Shown here: piece after piece, positions 40,809 to 52,332 of the stretch
Layout: each line of letters starts with the position of its first letter
Numbering within the stretch: position 1 is the first letter of the stretch
DNA from: an uncultured Ectothiorhodospiraceae bacterium
GTDB taxonomy: Bacteria; Pseudomonadota; Gammaproteobacteria; UBA9214
Assembly: GCA_947258845.1 (NCBI GenBank)
Contig: CAMYJZ010000008.1
Location: 1-58,670, forward strand
Direction: 5' to 3'
DNA length: 58,670 bases
Notes under the pieces: generated by a model
Seen by the model: the letters and a program-made list of their open reading frames with translations, nothing else
What the model was told of the DNA's origin: nothing
The model's database searches: none
Position numbers and translations under genes: made by a program

Positions 40809-41110
40809 TGGTTGAGGCGGCGCTTGAAATCGCTGGCGAAGGCCGCTGGAGACTGAGCGGCGATCTGGGCTTCGGGACGGTGTCACGGATGCTGAAGGAA
40901 TCCCATGCCGGTTTTCTCGATGCCGGTGATATCGAGGTCGACCTGTCGGATGTCACGCGTGCCGACAGCGCCGGTCTGGCGCTGCTGGTCGAGTGGCTGC
41001 GTGCCGCAGAGCGGGCCGGCAGGCCGATAAGCTTTGTAAACATGCCTGCACAGATGCAGTCGATTGCACGTATCTGCGGGCTGGATGACATTCTGATATC
41101 GTCCGGCTGA
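40808..41110 (+). CDS. mlaB: STAS-domain protein MlaB
   Basis: 100 aa: DLSDVTRADSAGLALLVEWLRAAERAGRPISFVNMPAQMQSIARICGLDDIL. Position after mlaC. Confidence 0.8.
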   Translation: MVEAALEIAGEGRWRLSGDLGFGTVSRMLKESHAGFLDAGDIEVDLSDVTRADSAGLALLVEWLRAAERAGRPISFVNMPAQMQSIARICGLDDILISSG

Positions 41111-41170
41111 CGGCCCGGCCGGCAATGCGCGTTTCCCATGATGTAACGGTTAAGGAAAGTCTGATCAAGC

Positions 41171-41236
41171 CGTCATTCCGGGCGGAGCGTGGCGGGGACC
41201 CGGAATCCAGGGATTTCGGCCTTCGCCGGAATGACG
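41171..41236. repeat. REP-like nested palindromic element
   Basis: cgtcattccgg (41171-41181) pairs with ccggaatgacg (41226-41236). An inner imperfect palindrome is ccggaatcc-agg-gatttcgg. It resembles the common proteobacterial intergenic repeat that reads as ...IPAKAGIQ.../...RRNDG... when translated. Confidence 0.5.
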
Positions 41237-41284
41237 CAAGACGAGTTAACCAGGTCTTCCTTTATGCAAGGCAAGGATGGATTT

Positions 41285-42801
<1,517 letters not shown>

Positions 42802-42871
42802 CAGGCCTGCGAACCTGCACGCAGTGCCGCCTGCTTGTAAATTGCAGGTTTCTGCCTGAAACTTACCGCCC

Positions 42872-43507
42872 ATGAATAATTTACTGACGATTGCGCTGTC
42901 CAAGGGGCGAATCTTCAAGGAGACCCTGCCGTTGCTGGCCCAGGCCGGCATCGAGCCGGTGGATGATCCGGAGACCAGCCGCAAGCTGATACTCGACACC
43001 AACCAGGCCGATGTCAAACTGGTCATTATCAGGGCCACCGACGTGCCGACCTATGTGGAATACGGCGCTGCGGATGTTGGCGTGGCCGGCAAGGACGTGC
43101 TGATGGAACATGGCGGTAACGGCCTGTATGAGCCGGTGGACCTCGGTATTGCAAAATGCCGCCTGATGGTTGCCGGTCCGAAGAACCCGCCCAACGACGG
43201 GCGCCGCCTGCGCATCGCAACCAAGTTCGTGAACAGTACCCGGCGTTACTATGCCGATCGACGTGAGCAGGTAGAGATCATCAAGCTGTATGGCTCCATG
43301 GAACTGGCGCCGCTGGTTGGCCTGGCCGACCGGATTGTCGACCTGGTCGATACCGGGAATACCCTCAAGGCCAATGGCCTGGTGCCGCTGGAACACATTG
43401 CCGATATCAGTTCGCGGCTGGTGGTCAACAAGGCCGCCATGAAGATGAAACACGCGCGCCTCTCGCAGTTGATCGCGCAGCTAAGAGCGGCATGTGAAAA
43501 TCACTGA
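42872..43507 (+). CDS. hisG: ATP phosphoribosyltransferase, short form (HisZ-dependent type)
   Basis: 211 aa: [22 protein letters not shown]...[14 protein letters not shown]. It lacks the C-terminal regulatory domain of long HisG. Confidence 0.93.
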   Translation: MNNLLTIALSKGRIFKETLPLLAQAGIEPVDDPETSRKLILDTNQADVKLVIIRATDVPTYVEYGAADVGVAGKDVLMEHGGNGLYEPVDLGIAKCRLMVAGPKNPPNDGRRLRIATKFVNSTRRYYADRREQVEIIKLYGSMELAPLVGLADRIVDLVDTGNTLKANGLVPLEHIADISSRLVVNKAAMKMKHARLSQLIAQLRAACENH

Positions 43508-43633
43508 CAAACCGGCTGGCTGGATCAACACGCAACCGGGTGTTCTGCTTCGCGCTGTGTAGCCAGGATCGCTGTGGCAGACCCAGGCAACTGGCCCCGA
43601 TTGATTCGTTATTGACAGTAGCACCCGATAAAC

Positions 43634-44941
43634 ATGACCGATATAACACGACTCAACAGTCAGGATCCGGCATTCCAGCAGGCGCTGGAAAAGTTGCTGA
43701 CCCGGGGCGAGGCCACTGACCGGCAGATCAACGCCACTGTCGAGGAAATCATCGCCGCCGTGCGTGTGCGCGGAGATGCCGCGGTGATTGAAATGACCGG
43801 ACGCTTCGATAACTGGTCGGTCGGCAGTGCTGCAGAACTGGAGATCCCGGGCGCGCGCTGTGTCGAGGCGCTGCAGTCTCTTGGCGATGCCGAGCGTGCA
43901 GCCCTCGAGCTGGCGGCTGAACGGATACGTATGTATGCCGAACACCAGAAGCTGGATTCCTGGACCTACACGGAGGCAGACGGGACGCTGCTCGGCCAGC
44001 AGGTCACCCCGATGGACCGTGTCGGCCTGTACGTGCCGGGTGGGAAGGCGGCCTATCCATCCTCGGTGCTGATGAATGCCATACCGGCCAAGGTCGCCGG
44101 TGTGCCCGAGTTGATCATGGTGGTGCCCACGCCGGGTGGTGAGATCAACCCGATGGTGCTGGCTGCCGCCAGCATCGCCGGCGTCGACCGGGTGTTCGCC
44201 ATCGGCGGTGCCCAGGCGGTTGCGGCCCTGGCCTATGGAACGGGCACCATCCCCCCGGTAGACAAGATCGTGGGTCCCGGCAATGCCTATGTGGCAACCG
44301 CCAAGCGCATGGTGTTTGGCAAGGTAGGTATCGATATGATCGCCGGGCCGTCGGAGATCCTGGTGATCTGTGACGGTCAGACGGATCCTGACTGGATTGC
44401 GGTGGACATGTTTTCCCAGGCCGAGCACGACGAGGATGCCCAGTCGATCCTGCTGAGTCCCGATGCCGTGTTTCTCGCACGCGTGGCCGAGAGTATCAGC
44501 CGACTGTTGCCGGACATGCCTCGTGCAGAGGTCATCCGTGCGTCCCTGCGGGGGCAGGGTGCCCTGATCCAGGTGCGCGACCTGGACGAGGCGGTGGAAG
44601 TGGCGAATTTCATTGCGCCGGAGCATCTGGAACTTTCGGTCGAGGAACCGCTGGCAATGGCGAGGCGCATTCGCCACGCCGGTGCCATCTTCATGGGGCG
44701 TTACACCGCCGAGGTGCTCGGGGACTATTGCGCCGGCCCGAACCATGTCCTGCCGACATCGCGCACGGCGCGTTTCTCCTCGCCGCTGGGGGTCTACGAT
44801 TTCCAGAAGCGCTCCAGCCTGATCCAGTGTTCACCGGAAGGTGCCAGCGTGCTCGGTCGCACCGCCGCCACCCTGGCGCACGGGGAAGGCCTGACCGCCC
44901 ACGCCCGTTCCGCCGAGGTGCGCATCAAGGACGATGGCTGA
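43634..44941 (+). CDS. hisD: Histidinol dehydrogenase
   Basis: 435 aa: [27 protein letters not shown]...[12 protein letters not shown]...[11 protein letters not shown]...APEHLEL...[13 protein letters not shown]. Confidence 0.96.
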   Translation: MTDITRLNSQDPAFQQALEKLLTRGEATDRQINATVEEIIAAVRVRGDAAVIEMTGRFDNWSVGSAAELEIPGARCVEALQSLGDAERAALELAAERIRMYAEHQKLDSWTYTEADGTLLGQQVTPMDRVGLYVPGGKAAYPSSVLMNAIPAKVAGVPELIMVVPTPGGEINPMVLAAASIAGVDRVFAIGGAQAVAALAYGTGTIPPVDKIVGPGNAYVATAKRMVFGKVGIDMIAGPSEILVICDGQTDPDWIAVDMFSQAEHDEDAQSILLSPDAVFLARVAESISRLLPDMPRAEVIRASLRGQGALIQVRDLDEAVEVANFIAPEHLELSVEEPLAMARRIRHAGAIFMGRYTAEVLGDYCAGPNHVLPTSRTARFSSPLGVYDFQKRSSLIQCSPEGASVLGRTAATLAHGEGLTAHARSAEVRIKDDG

Positions 44942-44960
44942 GTTATCAGTGCCAGTATAA

Positions 44961-45210
44961 TCACCGCAGAGACGCGGAGGCGCGGAGAAAACCTATAACA
45001 ATTCATTCACCGCAAAGACGCAAAGGACGCAAAGAAAAGAAATCAATGATTGTTAAAAAAACCGGACGGGTTCTGCAAATCACGTATTTCCCAGCCGGCG
45101 CTTTAATAGTTTTTAACATTTATTTTATCTTTGTTCCCTTTGCGCTCTTTGCGCCTTTGCGGTGAATATCCCGGGTTTTTTCTCCGCGACCTTTGCGTCT
45201 CGGCGGTGAA
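44961..45210. repeat. MITE-like composite element: two forward plus two reverse copies of the dispersed purine-rich repeat, flanking an AT-rich core
   Basis: Forward copies: 44961-44991 (TCACCGCAGAGACGCGGAGGCGCGGAGAAAA) and 45006-45039 (TTCACCGCAAAGACGCAAAGGACGCAAAGAAAAG). Reverse copies: 45135-45167 and 45175-45210, whose reverse complements are TTCACCGCAAAGGCGCAAAGAGCGCAAAGGGAA and TTCACCGCCGAGACGCAAAGGTCGCGGAGAAAAA. The core at 45040-45134 is AT-rich. Confidence 0.65.
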
Positions 45211-45237
45211 TAATGATTTTCGGTTTACACTCAAGCC

Positions 45238-46320
45238 ATGACGATATCCAGGAAGAAAATCGAACGCATCATCCGGCCCGAGGTCAGGGGGTTATCCGCC
45301 TACCATGTCCCCGTTCCCGGTGACTTTATCAAGCTGGATGCCATGGAAAATCCCTACGACTGGCCTGACTGGCTGGTGGATGAGTGGCTGGAACGACTCA
45401 GGCAGGTCTCCCTGAACCGGTATCCCGATGCCGCCGCTGTCGCGTTGAAGCAGCAGATGCGCGGCGCCCTGGGGGTTCCCGACCCGGCCGCAGTGATTCT
45501 CGGCAACGGTTCGGACGAGCTCATCCAGATGATCATCCAGGCGGTGGCCGGGCCCGGCAAGGTGGTCATGGCGCCGGAGCCTAGCTTTGTGATGTACCGG
45601 CAGATTGCCGTTGTCAGTGGCCTGTCCTATGCAGCCGTCCCGCTGCAGGCCGATTACTCGCTGGACAGGGACGTCATCGCCGCGGCCCTGGATGAACACC
45701 GGCCGGCGGTGGTATTCCTTGCCTACCCGAACAATCCCACCGGCAACCTGTTTGACCCGGAGGTGATCCGGGCCATCCTGGCACAGGCACCGGGGCTGGT
45801 CGTGGTCGATGAGGCCTACGCGCCGTTCACGGATGCGAGCTTCATGGGCGAGTTGCAGGCCTGCGACAATCTGCTGGTGCTGAGGACGCTTTCCAAGATG
45901 GGGTTTGCCGGGCTCCGCCTCGGTCTGCTGGCCGGTGCGCCGGCCTGGCTGAATGAGATCGAAAAGACCCGCCTGCCGTATAACATAAGCTCGCTGAATC
46001 AGCTCACCGGTGAATTTGCACTCGGACACCGGGAGGTGTTCGAACAGCAGGCTGCCAGTATCCGCCAGGACAGGGATGCCCTGCTTGCCGGTCTGCAGTC
46101 GCAGCCGGGTCTGACGGTGTACCCGAGCGCGGCGAACTTCATCCTGTTCCGTGTCCCTGCCGGGCAGGCAGGCGCGGTGCACGCGGGCCTGGAGGAAAAC
46201 GGTGTGCTGATAAAGAATCTCGATGGCTCCGCGCCGGCCTTGCGTGATTGCCTGCGCGTCACCGTGGGGCGGCCGCAGGAGAATGCGGCATTCCTGTCCG
46301 CGCTGGCGACGCTGTTATAG
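45238..46320 (+). CDS. hisC: Histidinol-phosphate aminotransferase
   Basis: 360 aa: IKLDAMENPY...NRYPD...VVVDEAYAPF...LRTLSKMGFAGLRLG (PLP lysine context SK). Confidence 0.93.
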   Translation: MTISRKKIERIIRPEVRGLSAYHVPVPGDFIKLDAMENPYDWPDWLVDEWLERLRQVSLNRYPDAAAVALKQQMRGALGVPDPAAVILGNGSDELIQMIIQAVAGPGKVVMAPEPSFVMYRQIAVVSGLSYAAVPLQADYSLDRDVIAAALDEHRPAVVFLAYPNNPTGNLFDPEVIRAILAQAPGLVVVDEAYAPFTDASFMGELQACDNLLVLRTLSKMGFAGLRLGLLAGAPAWLNEIEKTRLPYNISSLNQLTGEFALGHREVFEQQAASIRQDRDALLAGLQSQPGLTVYPSAANFILFRVPAGQAGAVHAGLEENGVLIKNLDGSAPALRDCLRVTVGRPQENAAFLSALATLL

Positions 46321-46353
46321 CGCATTGCGCCCCGGCAGGGGGCGGCTGCGAAG

Positions 46354-47544
46354 CTACTCGAGGCCGGCCGCGGCGGTCGGTCGCTGGATCACCCGGGCCT
46401 GTGTCCGGAAACGTTTCCCCTGGCGTAATCCGCCCAGTGTGATCAGCGCGTCGGGTCGCTGTTCCGAGATAATGCCCATGGCCTGCCGGGCATCGCTTAC
46501 CGCGGTGTCGTCGATCGATGTGATCACGTCGCCGGGAAGAATGCCGGCCTTGTCCGCCGGCCCGTCGCGCAGCACCCCGGCGATCAGTACCCCGTCGCGG
46601 CTGCCGAGTTCGAAGGACTCCGCGAGCTCCGCGGTTATGTCCTGGGCCTCGATGCCAAGCCAGCCGCGCACCACGTGGCCCTGCTCGATAATCTGCTTCA
46701 TCACCCCCTTCGCCAGGTTGACCGGGATCGCAAAACCGATGCCCTGGGAGCCGCCTGAGCGGCTGTAGATCGCGGTGTTGATCCCGATCAGTTCACCTTG
46801 CGCATTGATCAGTGCACCTCCGGAATTGCCCGGGTTGATGGCGGCATCCGTCTGGATGAAGTCCTCGTAGGTATTGATCCCGAGCTGGTCCCTGCCGGTG
46901 GCACTGATGATCCCGAAGGTCACGGTCTGGCCGACGCCGAAAGGGTTGCCGATGGCCAGCGAGACATCGCCGACGCGCAGTCTGGTGGAGTTACCGATCA
47001 CCACGGAGGGCAGCCCGTCCAACGCGATGCGCAGCACGGCAAGGTCCGTTTCGGTGTCGGTGCCCGCCACAGTGGCGCGCGCACTGCGACCATCCGCGAG
47101 CAGGATCTGGATTTCGTCCGCGCCATCGATTACATGGTTGTTAGTCAGCACGTAACCCTGGGTGCTGATCAGGACGCCGGAACCCAGGCTGGTCTGGATC
47201 TCCTTGCGGGTATTGCTGAAACGCTCACCGAAGAAATGCTTGAAGATCGGGTCCTCGAGCAGGGGATGGACCCGGCGGGTAATGACCTTGGCGGTATGGA
47301 TGTTGACCACCGCCGGTGCGGCCATCTCGACGGCATCCGCATAGGATACCGGTCCACTCCATGCGCGGGAATCAGTGGGGGCGTGCCGGGGCGCGGCTGG
47401 CTGGGCCGTGGTTTCCCTGACCTCGACCACGCTGGAGCGGTTGCGCAGCAGTTCAGGCTGCATCACCAGGATATACAGGAAGGCCACTGCCAGTCCGGCG
47501 GTGATGGTTTGCAGGAGGAAAGAAAAAAATTTGCGAATTGCCAT
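46354..47544 (-). CDS. algW: DegS/AlgW-type periplasmic serine endoprotease (trypsin domain plus one PDZ domain)
   Basis: 396 aa. N-terminal TM anchor. His context VLTNNHVI, Asp context DLAVLRI, Ser context INPGNSGGALIN, and a single PDZ (GILPGDVITSID). Position next to hisC, as for Pseudomonas algW (from memory). Confidence 0.85.
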   Translation of the reverse strand: MAIRKFFSFLLQTITAGLAVAFLYILVMQPELLRNRSSVVEVRETTAQPAAPRHAPTDSRAWSGPVSYADAVEMAAPAVVNIHTAKVITRRVHPLLEDPIFKHFFGERFSNTRKEIQTSLGSGVLISTQGYVLTNNHVIDGADEIQILLADGRSARATVAGTDTETDLAVLRIALDGLPSVVIGNSTRLRVGDVSLAIGNPFGVGQTVTFGIISATGRDQLGINTYEDFIQTDAAINPGNSGGALINAQGELIGINTAIYSRSGGSQGIGFAIPVNLAKGVMKQIIEQGHVVRGWLGIEAQDITAELAESFELGSRDGVLIAGVLRDGPADKAGILPGDVITSIDDTAVSDARQAMGIISEQRPDALITLGGLRQGKRFRTQARVIQRPTAAAGLE

Positions 47545-47621
47545 GAGTGGGATACCCTTTCAGGTAATCTATCAGGTCGATAACGGACGCCTAAAATAGC
47601 ATACAAACAGGAATCACAAGC

Positions 47622-48380
47622 ATGGTTACCCTGCAGGAACTGACGTATCACACCGACCGGCTGCTTGATATCGGGCGCTTCCAGGACTATTGCCCCAACG
47701 GTCTGCAGGTGGAAGGCCGGTCCGGGGTGCAGCTGCTGGTTAGCGGTGTCACGGCCAGCCTGGGCCTGATCGATGCGGCAATCGATGCCGGCGCCGATGC
47801 CATTCTGGTGCATCACGGCTATTTCTGGAATGGTGAAGATGCTCGCATCATCGGCATGAAACGCCGCCGCCTGCAACGCCTGCTGGGTGCGGATATCAGT
47901 CTGCTGGCATATCACCTGCCGCTGGATGCCCATGACGAACTGGGAAACAACGCGCAGCTTGCCCGGGTGCTGGGCCTGGAATCGTCCGGTACCTTCGGGC
48001 GAGAGGATGACCTGCAGCTCGGGCATTACGGTTCACTGGAGCGGGTCACGAGCGGGGAAGCACTGGCGCGGCATATCCAGGAGTGCCTGGGCCGGGCGCC
48101 GCTGTACATTCCCGCCAAGGGCACGTCCATCCGGAACGTGGGCTGGTGTACGGGCGCCGCGCAATCGTATATCGAGGCAGCGGTCGCGCAGGGGCTGGAC
48201 GCCTTCATCAGCGGCGAGATATCGGAGTCGACGGTGCATATTGCACGTGAATGCGGTATTCATTATTTTGCGGCCGGCCATCACGCGACCGAACGCTTCG
48301 GTGTGCAGGCACTGGGGGAGTATCTGGCCGGGACATTCGGGTTGCGTCACCTTTTCATCGATATCGACAACCCGGTGTAA
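47622..48380 (+). CDS. Nif3-like dinuclear metal centre protein (GTP cyclohydrolase 1 type 2 homologue)
   Basis: 252 aa: DYCPNGLQVEG...ADAILVHHGYFW...YHLPLDAH..GNN...AAGHHATERFG. Confidence 0.88.
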   Translation: MVTLQELTYHTDRLLDIGRFQDYCPNGLQVEGRSGVQLLVSGVTASLGLIDAAIDAGADAILVHHGYFWNGEDARIIGMKRRRLQRLLGADISLLAYHLPLDAHDELGNNAQLARVLGLESSGTFGREDDLQLGHYGSLERVTSGEALARHIQECLGRAPLYIPAKGTSIRNVGWCTGAAQSYIEAAVAQGLDAFISGEISESTVHIARECGIHYFAAGHHATERFGVQALGEYLAGTFGLRHLFIDIDNPV

Positions 48381-48603
48381 TCGGCTGCAGCCTGCACTGC
48401 GGGGCGGTAAAATGACCGCACGCGCGGCTACTTTCTGCGACAATACCCTTGACCTTATCAGGCAGTTCGACCATCCTATGCCGTCCTGACGGAATGTATA
48501 CATTAATTTAGAATATTCCGAACCACTTAAGAATTTCCCGCCGCCGGCCAGCATTGAATGCGGGGATCTAAGTTATTGAATTTACTACTTGGAGAGTGCT
48601 CGT

Positions 48604-49197
48604 ATGAGTGGCAATGATGTCAATCCAAGCAGGCGTCGGTTCTTGACCGCAGCCACCACCGTCATCGGCGGGGTGGGGACGGCATTTGCATTGGTGCCTT
48701 TCGTTTCATCAATGCAACCCAGTGCCAAGGCCCGCGCAGCGGGTGCCCCGGTACGCGCGGATATCAGCAAGCTCGAGGAAGGCCAGATGATCCGCGTCAA
48801 GTGGCGTGGCAAGCCGGTGTGGATCGTCAAGCGGACGCCGGACATGCTGGATACCCTGACGAAGCTGTCCACTGAGCTGCGTGATCCGGATTCCGCCGAA
48901 TCCGAGCAGCCGGAATACGCCACCAACGCGCACCGTTCCATCCGGCCCGATATCGCCGTGCTGATCGGCATCTGCACTCACCTGGGCTGTTCACCAACCT
49001 ATCGGCCCGATGTGGCGCCGGCCGACCTGGGCAAGGACTGGCTGGGCGGATTCTTCTGTCCCTGCCACGGTTCGACTTTCGACATCGCCGGCCGCGTCTA
49101 CTCGGGTGTTCCTGCTCCGTATAACCTGCCGGTGCCACCGCATCGGTTCCTGAGCGACAACGAAATCCTTATCGGTGATGACGGGGGGATAGCGTAA
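48604..49197 (+). CDS. petA: Ubiquinol-cytochrome c reductase iron-sulfur (Rieske) subunit
   Basis: Start at ATG 48604 after a GGAGAG RBS. Tat-type signal SRRRFL. Rieske boxes CTHLGC and CPCHGS. Confidence 0.93.
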   Translation: MSGNDVNPSRRRFLTAATTVIGGVGTAFALVPFVSSMQPSAKARAAGAPVRADISKLEEGQMIRVKWRGKPVWIVKRTPDMLDTLTKLSTELRDPDSAESEQPEYATNAHRSIRPDIAVLIGICTHLGCSPTYRPDVAPADLGKDWLGGFFCPCHGSTFDIAGRVYSGVPAPYNLPVPPHRFLSDNEILIGDDGGIA

Positions 49198-50426
49198 TGG
49201 GTGAGAAATACAAGACCGGCCTGCTGGGCTGGATTGATGCGCGTTTCCCGCTCAGCAAGATGTGGAATGAGCACCTGGCCGAGTACTACGCACCCAAGAA
49301 TTTCAACTTCTGGTATTACTTCGGCTCCCTGGCCCTGCTGGTACTGGTAATCCAGATCCTGACCGGTATCTGGCTGACCATGAACTACAAGCCGGACGCC
49401 GCCCTGGCCTTCAATTCCGTGGAATACATCATGCGGGATGTGAACTGGGGCTGGCTGATCCGCTATATGCATTCAACGGGTGCCTCGTTCTTCTTTATCG
49501 TCGTCTACCTCCACATGTTCCGTGGCCTGATGTACGGCTCCTTCAAGAAGCCGCGCGAACTGATCTGGATCTTCGGCATGATCATCTACGTCTGCCTGAT
49601 GGCCGAGGCCTTCATGGGTTACCTGCTGCCCTGGGGGCAGATGTCCTACTGGGGCGCCCAGGTCATTATTTCGCTGTTCGGGGCGATCCCGGGAATCGGG
49701 GATGCGCTGGCCCTGTGGATCCGCGGCGATTACGTGATTTCGGATGCCACCCTTAACCGGTTCTTCGCCTTCCACGTCATTGCCGTGCCTATTATTCTGC
49801 TGGCCATGGTTGTACTGCATATCCTGGCCCTGCACGAGGTCGGTTCCAACAACCCGGACGGCGTCGAGATCAAGAAGAACAAGGGTGCCGACGGCAAGCC
49901 CGTGGACGGCATCCCGTTCCATCCCTACTACTCGGTGAAGGACATCGTGGGCGTGATCGTATTCCTGATCTTCTTCTCCATCGTGATCTTCTTCATGCCG
50001 GAGATGGGCGGCTGGTTCCTGGAGAAGGACAACTTCGTACCGGCGGATCCGCTGAAGACACCGGAACATATTGTCCCGCTTTGGTACTTCACCCCGTTCT
50101 ACGCCGTCCTGCGAGCCGTTCCTGACAAGTTCCTCGGCGTGGTAGCCATGGGTGGTGCCATCGTGGTGCTGTTCTTCCTGCCCTGGCTGGACCGCAGCCC
50201 GGTCAAGTCCATTCGCTACCGCGGCATGGTCTACAAGGTGGCATTGGGCATATTTGTTGTCAGCTTCATTGCCCTGGGTTACCTCGGCACGCAGCCGGCA
50301 ACACCTGTCCTGACCAATTTCGCGAGGCTGTTCAGCCTCCTGTATTTCGGCTTTTTTGTTTCCTTGTTGTTCATGCACAAGTTTGAAAAGACAAAACCGG
50401 TACCTGACAGGGTGACCTCGAAATGA
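49197..50426 (+). CDS. petB: Cytochrome b (bc1 complex)
   Basis: 409 aa: NFNFWYYFGSLALLVLVIQILTGIWLTMNY...RYMHSTGASFFFIVVYLHMFRGL...PEWYF-type motif (VPLWYFTPFYAVLR). Confidence 0.96.
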   Translation: MGEKYKTGLLGWIDARFPLSKMWNEHLAEYYAPKNFNFWYYFGSLALLVLVIQILTGIWLTMNYKPDAALAFNSVEYIMRDVNWGWLIRYMHSTGASFFFIVVYLHMFRGLMYGSFKKPRELIWIFGMIIYVCLMAEAFMGYLLPWGQMSYWGAQVIISLFGAIPGIGDALALWIRGDYVISDATLNRFFAFHVIAVPIILLAMVVLHILALHEVGSNNPDGVEIKKNKGADGKPVDGIPFHPYYSVKDIVGVIVFLIFFSIVIFFMPEMGGWFLEKDNFVPADPLKTPEHIVPLWYFTPFYAVLRAVPDKFLGVVAMGGAIVVLFFLPWLDRSPVKSIRYRGMVYKVALGIFVVSFIALGYLGTQPATPVLTNFARLFSLLYFGFFVSLLFMHKFEKTKPVPDRVTSK

Positions 50427-51160
50427 AGAACCGTATCCTTGCACTTATCATGATGGTTTTGCCCGCGCCGCTTTTGGCGGCCGGTGGCGGTGTACACATC
50501 GATCATGCCAATATCGATCCGACCAATACCCAGTCGCTGCAGCGTGGCGCCCGCCTGTTCGTGAACTACTGCCTGAGCTGCCACTCCGCGGCATTGATGC
50601 GTTACGAGCGCATCGGCAAGGACCTGGGGATAGACGAGCGGCTGGTAGCCGAGAACCTGATGTTTACCGGCGGCAAGGTGGGGGACCTGATGACCGTGGC
50701 TACGGCTCCGGATGATGCCAAGGAATGGTTCGGCACCGTTCCCCCCGACCTGTCGGTCATCGCGCGATCCCGCGGCGTTGACTGGCTGTACACCTACATG
50801 CGGTCTTTCTACCGCGATGATTCACGCATCATCGGCGTGAACAACCTGACCTTCCCGGATGTCGGCATGCCGCATGTCATGTGGGAACTACAGGGCTGGC
50901 AGGAACCGGTGATTACCACCGTCAAGGATCACGACGGCACCGAAAGAAAGGTGGTTAAACTCGAGCTGGTCGAGCCGGGCACGCTGACACCGAAGGAATA
51001 CGATCGCACGATTCGCGACCTGGTCAATTTCCTGGACTATATAGGCGAACCCGCCAAGTATGAACGGCGCAGCCTGGGTGTAAAGGTAATCATGTTTTTG
51101 CTGGTATTCCTCGTGGTCGCTTATCTGATGAAAAAAGATTTCTGGAAGGACGTACATTGA
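50423..51160 (+). CDS. petC: Cytochrome c1
   Basis: 245 aa. Signal peptide, haem motif CLSCHS, PPDLS motif, and a C-terminal TM anchor. Confidence 0.92.
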   Translation: MKNRILALIMMVLPAPLLAAGGGVHIDHANIDPTNTQSLQRGARLFVNYCLSCHSAALMRYERIGKDLGIDERLVAENLMFTGGKVGDLMTVATAPDDAKEWFGTVPPDLSVIARSRGVDWLYTYMRSFYRDDSRIIGVNNLTFPDVGMPHVMWELQGWQEPVITTVKDHDGTERKVVKLELVEPGTLTPKEYDRTIRDLVNFLDYIGEPAKYERRSLGVKVIMFLLVFLVVAYLMKKDFWKDVH

Positions 51161-51207
51161 TCCGGCCTGTCCGGAGTTTCGGATTACAAGCATTCGGGGG
51201 ATAGTTT

Positions 51208-51831
51208 ATGGCGCTGGTTGCCAATCGACGTTCAGTGATGACACTGTTTTCATCGCCAAGCTCTCCGGAGAGTCACCGGGTGCGCATGGTGCTTGCGGAG
51301 AAGGGTATTACGGTGGAGATCCTGGATGTCGATCCGGGCAACAAGTCTGAAGACCTGATCGACCTGAATCCGTACAACACGGTGCCGACACTGGTGGATC
51401 GGGAGCTGGTACTGTACGACCCCCGGGCCATCATGGAATACCTGGACGAGCGTTTCCCGCACCCGCCACTGATGCCGGTTGACCCGGTATCGCGTGCGCG
51501 TACCCGCCTGGCGCTGTACCGCATCGAGAAGGACTGGTATGAACTGGTACCGGCCCTGGAGTCCAGGGGTGAGAAGACCTCAAGCAAGGCACGCAAGATG
51601 CTGCGCGACAGCCTGACGGCCAGTGCCGAGGTGTTCAGCGCCAGGCCTTTCTTCCTGAGCGATGAATTCTCGCTGGTTGATGCCACCATAATTCCCATAC
51701 TCTGGCGCCTGAAACACTACCGGGTTGATCTGCCCCGCCAGGCGAAGCCGGTGATGCAGTATGCCGAGCGCATGTTCCAGCGTGAATCTTTCCAGGCCAG
51801 CCTGTCCGAGGCCGAACAGGAAATGATGTAA
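51208..51831 (+). CDS. sspA: Stringent starvation protein A (GST-like)
   Basis: MALVANRRSVMTLFSSPSSPESHRVRMVLAEKGI closely parallels E. coli SspA MAVAANKRSVMTLFSGPTDIYSHQVRIVLAEKGV. Confidence 0.93.
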   Translation: MALVANRRSVMTLFSSPSSPESHRVRMVLAEKGITVEILDVDPGNKSEDLIDLNPYNTVPTLVDRELVLYDPRAIMEYLDERFPHPPLMPVDPVSRARTRLALYRIEKDWYELVPALESRGEKTSSKARKMLRDSLTASAEVFSARPFFLSDEFSLVDATIIPILWRLKHYRVDLPRQAKPVMQYAERMFQRESFQASLSEAEQEMM

Positions 51832-51945
51832 TCGGACCGCGCGTGGCCCGTTGGACAGCCGTCCCGCCGCGAGAACACCCCTCCGCCAAGGCCCGAAGCC
51901 CGCATTCCCTGTATCTTTGCACCATTCTCTTGTATCTTTTTTGTC

Positions 51946-52323
51946 ATGACCACCAGTCGCCCCTACCTGATCAGGGCCATTCATGAATGGATCCTGGACA
52001 ATTCCATGACACCTTATTTGCTGGTGGATATCGAGGGAGATAGCGTCGATGTGCCACGCCAGCATGGCCAGAACGGCAAGATCGTGCTTAATGTAAGCCC
52101 CCAGGCCGTCGAGGGGCTGATGCTGGGAAATGACGCGGTCGGGTTTCGTGCCCGGTTCGGTGGTATTGCCACGGATGTCTATGTTCCGATCGATTCCGTG
52201 CTCGCCATCTACGCCAAGGAAAACGGTCGCGGCATGGTCTTCAGTGAGGACGAGGAGGGACCCGCGCCCGATGATCCTACGCCAGAGCATCCCGGGCGCC
52301 CCCGCCTGAAGGTTGTGAAGTAA
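51946..52323 (+). CDS. sspB: ClpXP protease specificity-enhancing factor SspB
   Basis: 125 aa. MTTSRPYLIRAIHEWILDNSMTPYLLVD..., C-terminal ClpX-binding tail ...RPRLKVVK. Confidence 0.9.
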   Translation: MTTSRPYLIRAIHEWILDNSMTPYLLVDIEGDSVDVPRQHGQNGKIVLNVSPQAVEGLMLGNDAVGFRARFGGIATDVYVPIDSVLAIYAKENGRGMVFSEDEEGPAPDDPTPEHPGRPRLKVVK

Positions 52324-52332
52324 CAGCAGGCT

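Noticed and set aside
42802-42871. his-operon leader peptide or attenuator upstream of hisG, and a murA terminator
   Set aside because: There is no His-codon run or leader ORF. Only weak 5-bp stems are present (cctgc...gcagg followed by tttct), too weak to call.
43481-44746. 421-aa minus-strand ORF
   Set aside because: It is antisense to hisD. GC-rich artefact.
44728-45165. 145-aa plus-strand ORF spanning the hisD end and the repeat element
   Set aside because: It is out of frame with hisD and then reads through the repeat units (SPQRRGGAEKT-type translation). Only the last 39 codons, from ATG 45046, are discussed as a speculative small ORF.
48381-48603. Promoter or regulator site upstream of petA (ttgacc...catcct; a ggaat...attcc palindrome around 48490-48520)
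   Set aside because: The hexamers are weak and the palindrome does not match an FNR, ArcA or other consensus I know. Not supportable without data.
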